DNA of 64,000 bases from an uncultured delta proteobacterium (GTDB lineage: Bacteria > Desulfobacterota > Desulfomonilia > UBA1062), in contig CAWCTR010000010.1 in assembly GCA_963798485.1 (NCBI GenBank), forward strand, positions 10,061-74,060, read 5' to 3'. The number at the start of each line of letters is the position of its first letter. Positions within the stretch are counted from its first letter, which is position 1. A program made the position numbers and the translations under genes. Shown here piece after piece: positions 1-7,667 of the stretch. Under the pieces are notes generated by a model, which saw nothing but the letters and a program-made list of their open reading frames with translations, did no database searches and had not been told where the DNA came from.

Positions 1-1
1 T

Positions 2-232
2 GACTTTCATCCTGGATACCTATCGATGGGGGAGAAATCACAGGAAAGACAGAAGAGCTATCGGAGATGGATTTGTGAGACGGTTCCTGTCTGGGAATGG
101 AAGTTGATCAGAGAGGCAGTGCAGAGAGGGCAATTGACTGGTCCGAAAAAATTCGCAGACGAGGTGGAATCCCGTCTGAAGATCAGGGTGGAATTGCGTG
201 GCAGAGGACGACCCAGAAAGGACAAAAAATAA
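2..232 (+). CDS. RAYT/IS200-like (COG1943-type) transposase-like protein, C-terminal part only (5' end outside window)
   Basis: Frame is open from nt 2 to TAA 230-232. The tail HPGYLSMGEKSQERQKSYRRWI...QLTGPKKFADEVESRLKIRVELRGRGRPRK resembles the conserved non-catalytic C-terminal tail of REP-associated tyrosine transposase-like proteins. The catalytic domain is not visible, so the family call is tentative. Confidence 0.45.
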   Translation, partial: DFHPGYLSMGEKSQERQKSYRRWICETVPVWEWKLIREAVQRGQLTGPKKFADEVESRLKIRVELRGRGRPRKDKK

Positions 233-247
233 ATCTGTCTCCTTTTT
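224..247 (-). repeat. B-module repeat (reverse orientation, 1 mismatch) overlapping the stop codon of the RAYT-like gene
   Basis: aaaaaataaatctgtctcctttt is the reverse complement of AAAAGG(A)GACAGATTTATTTTTT. Compare with copies at 3213, 10677 and 16767. Confidence 0.7.
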
Positions 248-250
248 CTT

Positions 251-288
251 AATTAATTTGAAAAATAGGTATGGTGTCCCCAGATTGG
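251..288 (-). repeat. A-module half element with spacer (reverse orientation)
   Basis: ttaattaatttgaaaaataggtatggtgtccccagatt matches the right arm plus spacer of the doublets at 2133-2188 and 4611-4666. Confidence 0.8.
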
Positions 289-524
289 AAAAGGGGAAAG
301 ACATCTTTCTACAGTATGTATGCAGTTTTTCCGATTTATCAGGTATCATGGGGCGCAGTAATATGACTCGACTCCAGTTCTATGCATTACCTGAAAGCGT
401 CTGCACGCAGTTCGCTTTCAAGTTGACGGTGCTCAACACAGGCTTGAATCTGGCCATGAATGGCCAGATCGTCTGGAATTATACGTAAATGAAAAAGCTG
501 ATGCTTAAAAGAAAGGGGAACCCG

Positions 525-1667
525 ATGGGGGATAAGACCATAAGAAAATGTTCCTCCTGCGGAAAAGTGCTGGAGCCTGATGATGACATCTGCGCGAAGT
601 GTGGAGCCCTCTTTGAGGAAAACGGAGAGAGCAGCGAGGGGGAGGGCTCTATCGGAGCGCAACTCCTGTCGTTGGCCAATGACTTCCTCTGTGTGAGCAA
701 AATAGGCCCGCAGTGGTTTGAACTGACATCCCGGCCAGGAGCACAAGTTCCAGGCCAGAAGGTCACGATAAAATACCAGGCCGTGGCGCAGCTGGTGCCG
801 GAAAAATACCAGGTCTTATTCTGGGAAAAGATGATGGAAACTCTGGTGGGTATAGACGCTGTCTCTTCTCAAGCAAGCTCCATCCAGAAATCTATTGATG
901 TCAACCAGAAGTTCCACGGGCACCTCGTGTTCGGCGGCCCTTACGGGTTTCGCTACGACAGACTGCACCGGGTAGTGAAGGCCATTGCGAACGAGCAGGG
1001 TTGGCAATTCGAACTGTCCATGTCCAAACCTGTCATGGACGTCACCCCCCCCATGGAAACGGTGCTTCCCTCCCATACCTCAAGGAAGAGCAGATGGATT
1101 CCCGCGATTCTGGCGGGGGCAGTCATCCTCGTGGTTGTTGCAGCGCTGGTTGGAATACTGTCAAAGGGGGTGAAGGAAACACCTATTGCTGAAAAACCCA
1201 AGACCGTTGCCGTACCGCATGCAGCGCTGGTGGCTCAAAAAGCAGGCGGCGCAGCACAGAAGCCGTCGGTTCCCGCGACATCAGCGGCAATCGATTATAA
1301 TGCCGAAGGCATGAGAAAAGCCAAGGCCGGGAACATGGAAGAAGCAGCCGGGTTATTTGAAAAGGCCGTACAAGCCCGTCCGGATAATTTCAATGCCTGG
1401 AATAACCTGGGATTGGCCCTGCGCAAGATCGGTAAGAATAAGGAAGCCGTCAAGGCCTACCAACGCGCCATTACCATAAATCCCGACTTCGCCCTGGTGT
1501 ACAAGAATCTCGGCATCGTATTCGAGCAAATGGGCAAGAAGAAAGAGGCTGCCCACGCCTATCTGAAATACGCTGAACTGAATCAATCCGCTGCAGATGC
1601 GCGCACCGCCAGAGAAAAAGCCGCGACGCTGATGGGCGCAGCACAGGGAAAGGAGACAAGACCATGA
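525..1667 (+). CDS. Zinc-ribbon / single-pass membrane / TPR-repeat protein
   Basis: CxxC...CxxC ribbon (CSSCGKVLEPDDDICAKCG), a TM helix (WIPAILAGAVILVVVAALVGIL) and C-terminal TPR repeats (AWNNLGLALRKIGKNKEAVKAYQRAITINPDFALVYKNLG). A GGGG-type RBS precedes ATG 525. The ORF is also open from ATG 489. Confidence 0.8.
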   Translation: MGDKTIRKCSSCGKVLEPDDDICAKCGALFEENGESSEGEGSIGAQLLSLANDFLCVSKIGPQWFELTSRPGAQVPGQKVTIKYQAVAQLVPEKYQVLFWEKMMETLVGIDAVSSQASSIQKSIDVNQKFHGHLVFGGPYGFRYDRLHRVVKAIANEQGWQFELSMSKPVMDVTPPMETVLPSHTSRKSRWIPAILAGAVILVVVAALVGILSKGVKETPIAEKPKTVAVPHAALVAQKAGGAAQKPSVPATSAAIDYNAEGMRKAKAGNMEEAAGLFEKAVQARPDNFNAWNNLGLALRKIGKNKEAVKAYQRAITINPDFALVYKNLGIVFEQMGKKKEAAHAYLKYAELNQSAADARTAREKAATLMGAAQGKETRP

Positions 1668-2128
1668 GACACAATTTTTTCACACGTAACCTGATTTTGC
1701 TGCTTTGTTTCCTCTTGGCCTCTGGTTGTGCCGCAACAGAAACAACCACCAAACCCGCAACGACCGGCCCGGCTCCAACCGCCGCTGGTGGTGCCGGGAC
1801 AGAAATAACCACCAAGCCTGCCCCGACGCCAAAACCAGTGATTCTTTATGTTGTCTCTCATCGGCTTAACCTGCGGAAGTGCCCGTCTGTAAAATGCAAG
1901 GTTGCCGCAGTGCTGAAACTGGGCGATGAAGTCATCAAGCTGGGACAGGAAAAGGACTGGATTAATGTACGAGTAAAGGCCACTAACCGTGAAGGTTGGG
2001 TGGCCTCGACCCTGGTCGGGAAAACGGCCAACAAGAAGAAACACTCTTCCAGGATCAAGGAACAAAAGCCTCCACGGGGAAAAGATAAGCAGGGATCATC
2101 CGAGTTACAAGAAGAGTTCGCCCCTTGA
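1664..2128 (+). CDS. Lipoprotein with bacterial SH3 domain
   Basis: ATGA start/stop overlap with the upstream gene. Lipobox LLASGC. SH3b-like block LNLRKCPSVKCKVAAVLKLGDEVIKLGQEKDWINVRV..REGWV. Confidence 0.8.
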   Translation: MRHNFFTRNLILLLCFLLASGCAATETTTKPATTGPAPTAAGGAGTEITTKPAPTPKPVILYVVSHRLNLRKCPSVKCKVAAVLKLGDEVIKLGQEKDWINVRVKATNREGWVASTLVGKTANKKKHSSRIKEQKPPRGKDKQGSSELQEEFAP

Positions 2129-2132
2129 CCTA

Positions 2133-2188
2133 AATCCGGGGACACCATACTAATTAATTCTGGGAAATAGGTATGGTGTCCCCAGATT
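2133..2188. repeat. A-module palindromic doublet (REPIN-like)
   Basis: AATCCGGGGACACCATAC - 20 nt spacer (taattaattctgggaaatag) - GTATGGTGTCCCCAGATT. The 18-nt arms have 1 mismatch. The element begins 5 nt after the stop at 2128. Confidence 0.9.
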
Positions 2189-2246
2189 AAGATTATTAAA
2201 CCTTCAATGCAAAAACTCCGATTTTAAGGAAATACAGCCTCGAAAT

Positions 2247-3140
2247 ATGAAAGCTTTGAAAAAGGATGGGGTTATGAAAGACGAAAGCAGATCAGTGGGC
2301 CGGTTGCTGGATGTGCTCGCCGAAGCCAAGGATTTGGTAGCCGAGTTTGCGGACGAGGCATACAAGAACAAGGCGGCTGAAGAAGCTCTGCGGGAAAGCG
2401 AAGAGCGGTACCGGATCCATTTTTCCCTGACCAACGATGTCATGTTTTCCTTAGACCGGCAGCTCACGATCCTGAACGTTTCTTCGAACATCGAGCGGGT
2501 TCTCGGGTACAAGCCCGAGGAACTGATTGGTAAGACTATTGCAGAGGCGAACCTGCTGCATGCCGACGATATGCAGGATGCGGTGGATAAAGCCCAGCTC
2601 GTCCTTGCCGGAAAGGTATCCCTGTCATCAATTTTCCAGTTCGTGACCAAAAACGGCGATATCGTGATCGGCGAGGTAAGCAGCATCCCGTTCAGCCGCG
2701 ACGGCCAGGTCGTCGAGGTGATCAATGTGGCCCGGGACATAACCAAGCGGATCAACACGGAAAACTCCCTGCGCGAGAGCTCGGAGCGCTACCTGCACAT
2801 CCTCGATTCCCTGCCCAGCGCAGTATGCATCCTGAAGGCCGAAGATACCAGGTTTACGTTCGCCAACCAGGCTTTCTGCGCCCTGAGCGGCCACGAGATC
2901 CGCGACATCATCGGGAAGACCCCGGTCGAGCTGAAGCTCCCGGTGGGGCTCGACGATTTCTTTTCCAATGGCAAACCCGATGCGGGTTCTTCCCAGGCCG
3001 ATCTCAGGAAGCAGCGGCTGAAGAAGAAGGACGGCACCGTAGCCGATGTGATGGTCTCGTCAGGCCCCATGAAGTACGGGGGGGAAGACTGCCTGATCAT
3101 GGTCATGATAAATGTCACCAATTATAAGCGAAGCTTGTAG
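2247..3140 (+). CDS. Tandem PAS-domain protein (no recognisable output domain)
   Basis: Two PAS-like blocks, each introduced by SEERY/SSERY (ESEERYRIHFSLTNDVMFSLD..., SSERYLHILDSLPSAVCIL...). 297 aa. Confidence 0.8.
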   Translation: MKALKKDGVMKDESRSVGRLLDVLAEAKDLVAEFADEAYKNKAAEEALRESEERYRIHFSLTNDVMFSLDRQLTILNVSSNIERVLGYKPEELIGKTIAEANLLHADDMQDAVDKAQLVLAGKVSLSSIFQFVTKNGDIVIGEVSSIPFSRDGQVVEVINVARDITKRINTENSLRESSERYLHILDSLPSAVCILKAEDTRFTFANQAFCALSGHEIRDIIGKTPVELKLPVGLDDFFSNGKPDAGSSQADLRKQRLKKKDGTVADVMVSSGPMKYGGEDCLIMVMINVTNYKRSL

Positions 3141-3157
3141 TGGATAACCCGCATGGA

Positions 3158-3175
3158 AATCTGGGGACACCATAC
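3158..3175 (+). repeat. A-module solo copy
   Basis: AATCTGGGGACACCATAC, 18 nt after the PAS gene stop. Confidence 0.85.
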
Positions 3176-3188
3176 TTAAAAAGGAAAA

Positions 3189-3251
3189 TGGGAATAAAAA
3201 AGGGAATAAAAAAGGGGACAGATTTATTTTTTTGGGTCGGCCCTGGCCTCT
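3189..3251 (+). repeat. Purine-rich tandem stutter + B-module + conserved tail
   Basis: (GGGAATAAAAAA)x2, then GGGGACAGATTTATTTTT, then tail GGTCGGCCCTGGCCTCTG. The same B+tail is seen at 10677-10715. Confidence 0.85.
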
Positions 3252-3264
3252 GTATTCGAGCTTC

Positions 3265-3288
3265 TAAATAAATGGCAAGAGACCATTT
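3265..3288 (+). repeat. D-module variant
   Basis: aaataaatggcaagagaccatttt compared with consensus AAATGGGGTCAGAGACCATTT. Confidence 0.55.
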
Positions 3289-3346
3289 TCACAACACTAA
3301 CAAATCATCTCCGATCCCATTTAATCCTAAGACCTAGGGCCATGAA

Positions 3347-3532
3347 CTATGTCTTGTCGTCCATTACTGTGTGGATACCCACATAATAGGTGATGGTAGC
3401 GCCGATCACGCAGGCATAGAATCCGATCAACTGATCCATGGTCGGACACTCTCTGTAGACAAACATCAATGTTGAGATGAAAAACGTAGGGACAAGAAAT
3501 CCTATCAGTGGGACATGATACTTGAGTTTCAT
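3347..3532 (-). CDS. Small (61 aa) two-helix membrane protein, function unknown
   Basis: Internal ATG 3532 is preceded by a GGGGG RBS. Hydrophobic sequence MKLKYHVPLIGFLVPTFFISTLMFVY...GFYACVIGATITYYVGI. Confidence 0.45.
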   Translation of the reverse strand: MKLKYHVPLIGFLVPTFFISTLMFVYRECPTMDQLIGFYACVIGATITYYVGIHTVMDDKT

Positions 3533-3629
3533 AGATACCCCCTTCAAATAAATAAATCTATCTCCATTTATTTCTTTTATGATATTCAATTCCCTGAATA
3601 ATAAAATCAAAAAATGGTGGAGGTTTGTC

Positions 3630-4493
3630 ATGCATGAACGCAGGCCATTCCGTTCCTTTGTCAGCTATATAGACAAAAGCCGGGAATACTATGCCGCCCA
3701 AGGGTATGACCAGCCATATACATGGGCCTACCATAGCAGCGCCCCCTTCGCATCTCTGAAGAAACCTCTAGCGCAAACCCGAATCGGCTTGATCACAACG
3801 GCCTCGTTTATCGATCTCCTCGCGGATGACGAAGCCTTTAAGAAAGGAAGGGCCCCATATGCTGCACCTTCAGACCCTCCGCCTGAGCGCCTCTACACCG
3901 AGCATCTCTTTTGGGACAGGGACGCCACCCATACGGACGATGTAGAGAGTTTTTTGCCGCTGAAGCGCCTCGCTGAATTTGCCGGAGAGGGGCGCATCGG
4001 TTCAGCTTCGACGCGCTTTTACGGCGTACCCACCGAATACAGCCAAGGCCGGACGAGAACCAAGGATGCGCCGCAGGTCTTGGGATGGGTGCAGGAAGAC
4101 AGTGTGGATGCCGTGCTCCTGTCGGCGCTTTGACCGGTGTGCCATCAGACCGTGAGTCTGGTTGCCCGTCATCTGGAAGAAAACGGCATACCTACCGTTA
4201 TCATGGGTTCGGCCCGCGACATCGTTGAGGAATGCGGCGTGGCCCGTTTTCTGTTTACGGATTTTCCACTGGGAAACCCCTGCGGCAGACCCTGGGATGC
4301 CGACATGCAACGCGCGATGGCAGGTGCAGCCCTTGATCTCCTCGAACATGCCTGGACGCCGCGTACAACGGTCCAGACGCCTTTTCAGTGGCCGGACGAG
4401 GAGTGGCGGAGAAAATTCATGCTCGTCGATGAAAGCAACCGGGAGACCCTAGCCAAAGCGGGTGAGGAGCGGCGTCGCTTTCAAAAGAAATAG
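3630..4493 (+). CDS. Glycine/sarcosine/betaine/D-proline reductase selenoprotein B (GrdB/PrdB) family protein, with in-frame UGA (Sec) at 4131-4133
   Basis: Track ORFs 3579-4133 and 4137-4493 are in the same frame and separated only by TGA. The joined sequence reads ...VDAVLLSAL-U-PVCHQTVSLVARHLEENGIPTVIMGS, a UxxC motif typical of GrdB-family proteins. N-terminus FVSYIDKSREYYAAQGYDQPYTWA. GGTGGAGG RBS lies 6 nt before ATG 3630. Confidence 0.75.
4141..4165 (+). promoter_or_regulatory. SECIS-like hairpin downstream of UGA 4131-4133
   Basis: gccatcagac cgtga gtctggttgc forms 7 contiguous bp (one G-U), then 2 more after a mismatch, with a 5-nt loop containing G and U. The hairpin starts 8 nt after the UGA. 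Confidence 0.55.
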
Positions 4494-4517
4494 GGGACAA
4501 AAAACAAATCTGTCCCA
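4493..4517. repeat. B-related mini-hairpin at the gene 3' end
   Basis: GGGGACA aaaaacaaatc TGTCCC. It overlaps the last base of the TAG stop (4491-4493). Confidence 0.6.
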
Positions 4518-4574
4518 TTTCCTTTATCCACTCCTTCAGGATTTATTGAAGGTTTTTAATCCTTGGAGGGAAAA

Positions 4575-4593
4575 GGGGACGGTTCTATTTTTT
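4575..4593 (+). repeat. C-module copy
   Basis: GGGGACGGTTCTATTTTTT preceded by a purine run (ggagggaaaa). Confidence 0.85.
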
Positions 4594-4610
4594 TAAAAAT
4601 AGACAGTGAG

Positions 4611-4666
4611 AATCCGGGGACACCATCCTCATTAATTCTGGGAAATAGGTATGGTGTCCCCAGGTT
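4611..4666. repeat. A-module palindromic doublet (REPIN-like), second copy
   Basis: AATCCGGGGACACCATCC - tcattaattctgggaaatag - GTATGGTGTCCCCAGGTT. Near-identical to 2133-2188. Confidence 0.9.
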
Positions 4667-4689
4667 ATTAATATTTCTACCTAAAGAGA

Positions 4690-4965
4690 TTACTTTGCCT
4701 TTTTCTTTGCAGCCTTTGCCGCTGCGGCCTTCTTCTTTACAGCCTTTACCGCCACCTTCGGTTTCGCAGCCTTTGCCGCTGCGGCCTTCGGCTTTGCAGC
4801 CTTTGCCACCGCCTTAGGTTTCGTAGCCTTTGCTGCTGCTGCCTTTGGCTTTGCAGCCTTTACCGCCGCCTTAGGTTTCGCAGCTTTTGCTGCTGCTACC
4901 TTCGGCTTTGCAGCCTTTGGGGGTTTCTTTTTTACTTCCTTCTTAGCAACTGCCGTTTTTGCCAT
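4690..4965 (-). CDS. Histone H1-like Lys/Ala-rich nucleoid-associated protein
   Basis: 91 aa made almost entirely of AAKPKAA(V)KAAKPK repeats. AGGAGGA RBS upstream of ATG 4965. Confidence 0.75.
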   Translation of the reverse strand: MAKTAVAKKEVKKKPPKAAKPKVAAAKAAKPKAAVKAAKPKAAAAKATKPKAVAKAAKPKAAAAKAAKPKVAVKAVKKKAAAAKAAKKKAK

Positions 4966-4983
4966 AAAATCCTCCTCCCTTAG

Positions 4984-6042
4984 TTACTCTTTATCCTCTG
5001 CGTCTTCATTCTCTTCCAGAACAATGTCATCCACATCTAAAACAAATTCAGCATCAAGTTCATCGACAACCTCGTGCAGGTCTTCATTCTCACCCGGGGC
5101 AATATTGAGTGGTTCTGTTTTTGCCACGTAAGCTGAACGTTGTTTCCCCCTGCGCTTGCGAGCCGCTTTGATCACTCCATCAAGCTGATTAGCTCCACAT
5201 GACGGGCAAAGAGGTTGCGGTTTACCTAAATCATAAAATTTGATGCTACAGTTATAGCACTTGTACCGTTTCCCAAGGTCTACAGAAGGAACCATAACCT
5301 TCTGAGTTTGAATCTTTTCAGTCACAATGACATCTTTTTTTTCAGACAGCTGACCCATCTCAGAAGAAATTACCTTTGTCTCGAATGTCTTCTCTTTCGC
5401 TGCCGGAGCAGCTTTTTTCTCGCCATGCTTTTCTGCTTTTCCGGCCGGCTTACTCTTGACGGGTTGTTTCTTCACAACAGCAGGGGGCACTGGGCCCTTG
5501 GACGGCTTAGCTTTGACTACCGGGGCTTCTTTTTTCTTGCTCAGCTGCACTGCTTTCCCTGCCGGCTTGCCCTTGGCAGGTTGTTTCTTCACTGCAGCAG
5601 GAAGCACAGGGCCCTTGGACGGCTTAGCTTTGACTACCGGGGCTTCTTTTTTCTTGCTCAGCTGCACTGCTTTTCCGGCCGGCTTGCCCTTAACGGGTTG
5701 TTTCTTCACTGCAGCAGGAAGCACAGGACCCTTGGACGGCTTCGCTTTGACTTTCGGGGCTTCTTTTTTCTTGCTCAGCTGCGCTGCTTTTCCGGCCGGC
5801 TTACCCTTGACGGGTTGTTTCTTCACTGCAGCAGTATGCACAGGGTTCTTGGATGGCTTCCCTTTGATTATCGGAGCTTCTTTTTTCTTGTGCTGCAGTT
5901 CTGCTTTTCCAAAAACCTTTTTATTTTTAGGTTTCTTCTTCTCGGCTAATGAAACACCGCTTTTATGAGATTCCTTCTTAACTGCCGGCCCAGTCTTCTT
6001 TTTCTCAGGACGATTTTTATTGAGTTTGTTTAGTGATCGCAT
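4984..6042 (-). CDS. Lysine-rich repeat protein with C-terminal FYDLN_acid-type zinc ribbon and acidic tail
   Basis: The C-terminus KRYKCYNCSIKFYDLGKPQPLCPSCG followed by ENEDLHEVVDELDAEFVLDVDDIVLEENEDAEDKE matches my memory of the TIGR02300 (FYDLN_acid) signature. It is preceded by about 4 copies of a 39-aa basic repeat. Confidence 0.75.
   Translation of the reverse strand: MRSLNKLNKNRPEKKKTGPAVKKESHKSGVSLAEKKKPKNKKVFGKAELQHKKKEAPIIKGKPSKNPVHTAAVKKQPVKGKPAGKAAQLSKKKEAPKVKAKPSKGPVLPAAVKKQPVKGKPAGKAVQLSKKKEAPVVKAKPSKGPVLPAAVKKQPAKGKPAGKAVQLSKKKEAPVVKAKPSKGPVPPAVVKKQPVKSKPAGKAEKHGEKKAAPAAKEKTFETKVISSEMGQLSEKKDVIVTEKIQTQKVMVPSVDLGKRYKCYNCSIKFYDLGKPQPLCPSCGANQLDGVIKAARKRRGKQRSAYVAKTEPLNIAPGENEDLHEVVDELDAEFVLDVDDIVLEENEDAEDKE
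5430..5910 (-). repeat. 117-bp (39-codon) in-frame tandem repeat array, about 4 copies
   Basis: gggcccttggacggcttagctttgactac recurs at 5492 and 5609, and a variant at 5726, giving a 117-nt period. Protein unit: KAKPSKGPVLPAAVKKQPVKGKPAGKAVQLSKKKEAPVV. Confidence 0.9.
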
Positions 6043-6147
6043 CCTTTCTATCCTTCCTGCAATATTATATCGATTTAACGATCTAATTTCATTAACATAA
6101 AGTATACCAGGATAAATTTCCGTTCCCCATCAAGGGAAAGGGAAGAA

Positions 6148-6163
6148 GGGGACAGATTTTTTT
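6148..6163 (+). repeat. B-module variant
   Basis: GGGGACAGATTTTTTT after the purine run gggaaagggaagaa. A degenerate A core (ctgggaccaccttactaatt) lies at about 6191-6210. Confidence 0.6.
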
Positions 6164-6288
6164 GGAGGAAAATCCGCAGTAAATCTGTATATCTGGGACC
6201 ACCTTACTAATTTTGCTTTTTCGGTCTCCCTGCTTTATTGGGAGACAGTTTTCTTACGAAATCATTTTCCGGACCGACAACAGAAAAA

Positions 6289-6348
6289 GGGGGCAGTTCT
6301 ATTTTTTAGGTTTAAAACCATGAAAAACAGGGTCAGAGACCGTTTATT
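6289..6348 (+). repeat. C-module variant followed by D-module
   Basis: aaaaagGGGGCAGTTCTATTTTTT at 6289-6307 and GGGTCAGAGACCGTTTATT at 6330-6348. Confidence 0.7.
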
Positions 6349-6452
6349 CCAAAATCCATGATCTTGGCATATAATCATCAGATACTATTGTCATACAAAA
6401 ATTATCTGTATATACCTAACGTAAACATCATTGCATCAGGAAGGGGTTAATC

Positions 6453-7643
6453 ATGAGAGATGTTGTTGTCATCGGAGCCGGGCTTCATCGCTACGGGATG
6501 TTTCCTGAGAAAACCACTGTTGATATGGGCACGGAGGCGATTTCCCTGGCGCTCAACGATGCGGGCATGGCCTGGAAAGACATCGAGGCCGCTTACTGCG
6601 GCACGGTGCAGCCCGGTGCATCCGGGGGGCATGCCATCTGCAATAAAATGGGATTTACGGGCCTAGGCATTACTATTGTGGAAAATGCGTCCGCCAGTGG
6701 ATCATCCGCATTCAGGGAGGCGTACCTGTCCGTCGCCTCCGGAGAGAACGATATCGTGCTTGCCTTCGGCATCGATAAACTCGGCTCGCAGCTCCAGGCG
6801 GTGCCGCCCGTATCCACACAGCCGCAGCCGAAGCCGGAAAATGTGGTACCGCCCGAGTCCAAACAGTCTCAGCCGGAGCCGGGAAATGACGAAAGGGTAG
6901 ATTCGAAGTTCAGAAAGATGCTGCCGGTCCAATACTTTGCCGGTCTCGCCCAACACTACATGAAAGAATACGGCGTCACGCGGGAACAGCTGGGCCAGGT
7001 TTCGGTCAAGAGCCATTTCAACGCCAGCCTGAATCCCTATGCGCACTTTCAGAAGCCATGCACACTGGAGCAGGCCAATAATGCCCGCATGGTTGTAGAT
7101 CCCCTGACGGTGCTGCACTGCTGCCCAATGGATGATGGGGCTGCAGCGGTCATAGTTTGCGCAAAGGAAACAGCAAAAAAATATACTGACAAACTGTGTC
7201 CGACTGTCGCCGCGTCTGTGAACAAAAGTACGCCGGAAGATGGCGATTTCTTTATGACCCTGACCAGGTTGGCCTCCCAGGAAGCCTATAAAAAGGCCGG
7301 CATCGGTCCGGAAGACCTGGATCTCATCGAACTGCACGACGCCTTCACGATCGAAGAGATAATCTATCTGGAAGCCCTTGGCTTATGTGAAATGGGGCAG
7401 GGAGGAAAGCTGGTTGAAGATGGCGTGACGGCCATGAGCGGAAAGCATCCCATCAATACGAGCGGCGGTCTGATTTCCATGGGGCATCCCGTCGGACCCA
7501 CGGGTGTCGGCCAGGTGGCCGAGATCCTCTGGCAGATGCGGGGGGAGTGCGGCAAACGGCAGATCGTAAAGCCTGTCAATTATGCCTTGACCCAAATGGT
7601 CGGCGCGGGCGGTGTCTGTGTCATTCACCTGTTCAAAAAGTAA
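6453..7643 (+). CDS. Thiolase-fold (SCP-x/nonspecific lipid-transfer type) protein apparently lacking both catalytic cysteines
   Basis: Start MRDVVVIGAGLHRYG. Motifs VENASASGSSAF (normally N-A-C-A-S-G), ELHDAFTIEE (normally HDCF) and SMGHPVGPTG. A Pro/Gln-rich insert QAVPPVSTQPQPKPENVVPPESKQSQPEPG is present. AGGAAGGGG RBS. Confidence 0.85.
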   Translation: MRDVVVIGAGLHRYGMFPEKTTVDMGTEAISLALNDAGMAWKDIEAAYCGTVQPGASGGHAICNKMGFTGLGITIVENASASGSSAFREAYLSVASGENDIVLAFGIDKLGSQLQAVPPVSTQPQPKPENVVPPESKQSQPEPGNDERVDSKFRKMLPVQYFAGLAQHYMKEYGVTREQLGQVSVKSHFNASLNPYAHFQKPCTLEQANNARMVVDPLTVLHCCPMDDGAAAVIVCAKETAKKYTDKLCPTVAASVNKSTPEDGDFFMTLTRLASQEAYKKAGIGPEDLDLIELHDAFTIEEIIYLEALGLCEMGQGGKLVEDGVTAMSGKHPINTSGGLISMGHPVGPTGVGQVAEILWQMRGECGKRQIVKPVNYALTQMVGAGGVCVIHLFKK

Positions 7644-7667
7644 AAAGGTGCAGCAGGAATGGGGTGA

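Noticed and set aside
4563-4817. A + strand 84-aa ORF with PLPLRPS repeats.
   Set aside because: It is a shadow of the minus-strand H1-like gene (AKPKAA repeats), and its 5' part runs through the C and A repeat modules.
5308-5968. Two long + strand ORFs (213 and 170 aa) with repetitive Phe/Leu/Gly-rich translations.
   Set aside because: They are antisense shadows of the 117-bp tandem array in the minus-strand Lys-rich gene. That gene has a recognisable C-terminal zinc-ribbon and acidic domain. The + strand products are low-complexity with no start context.
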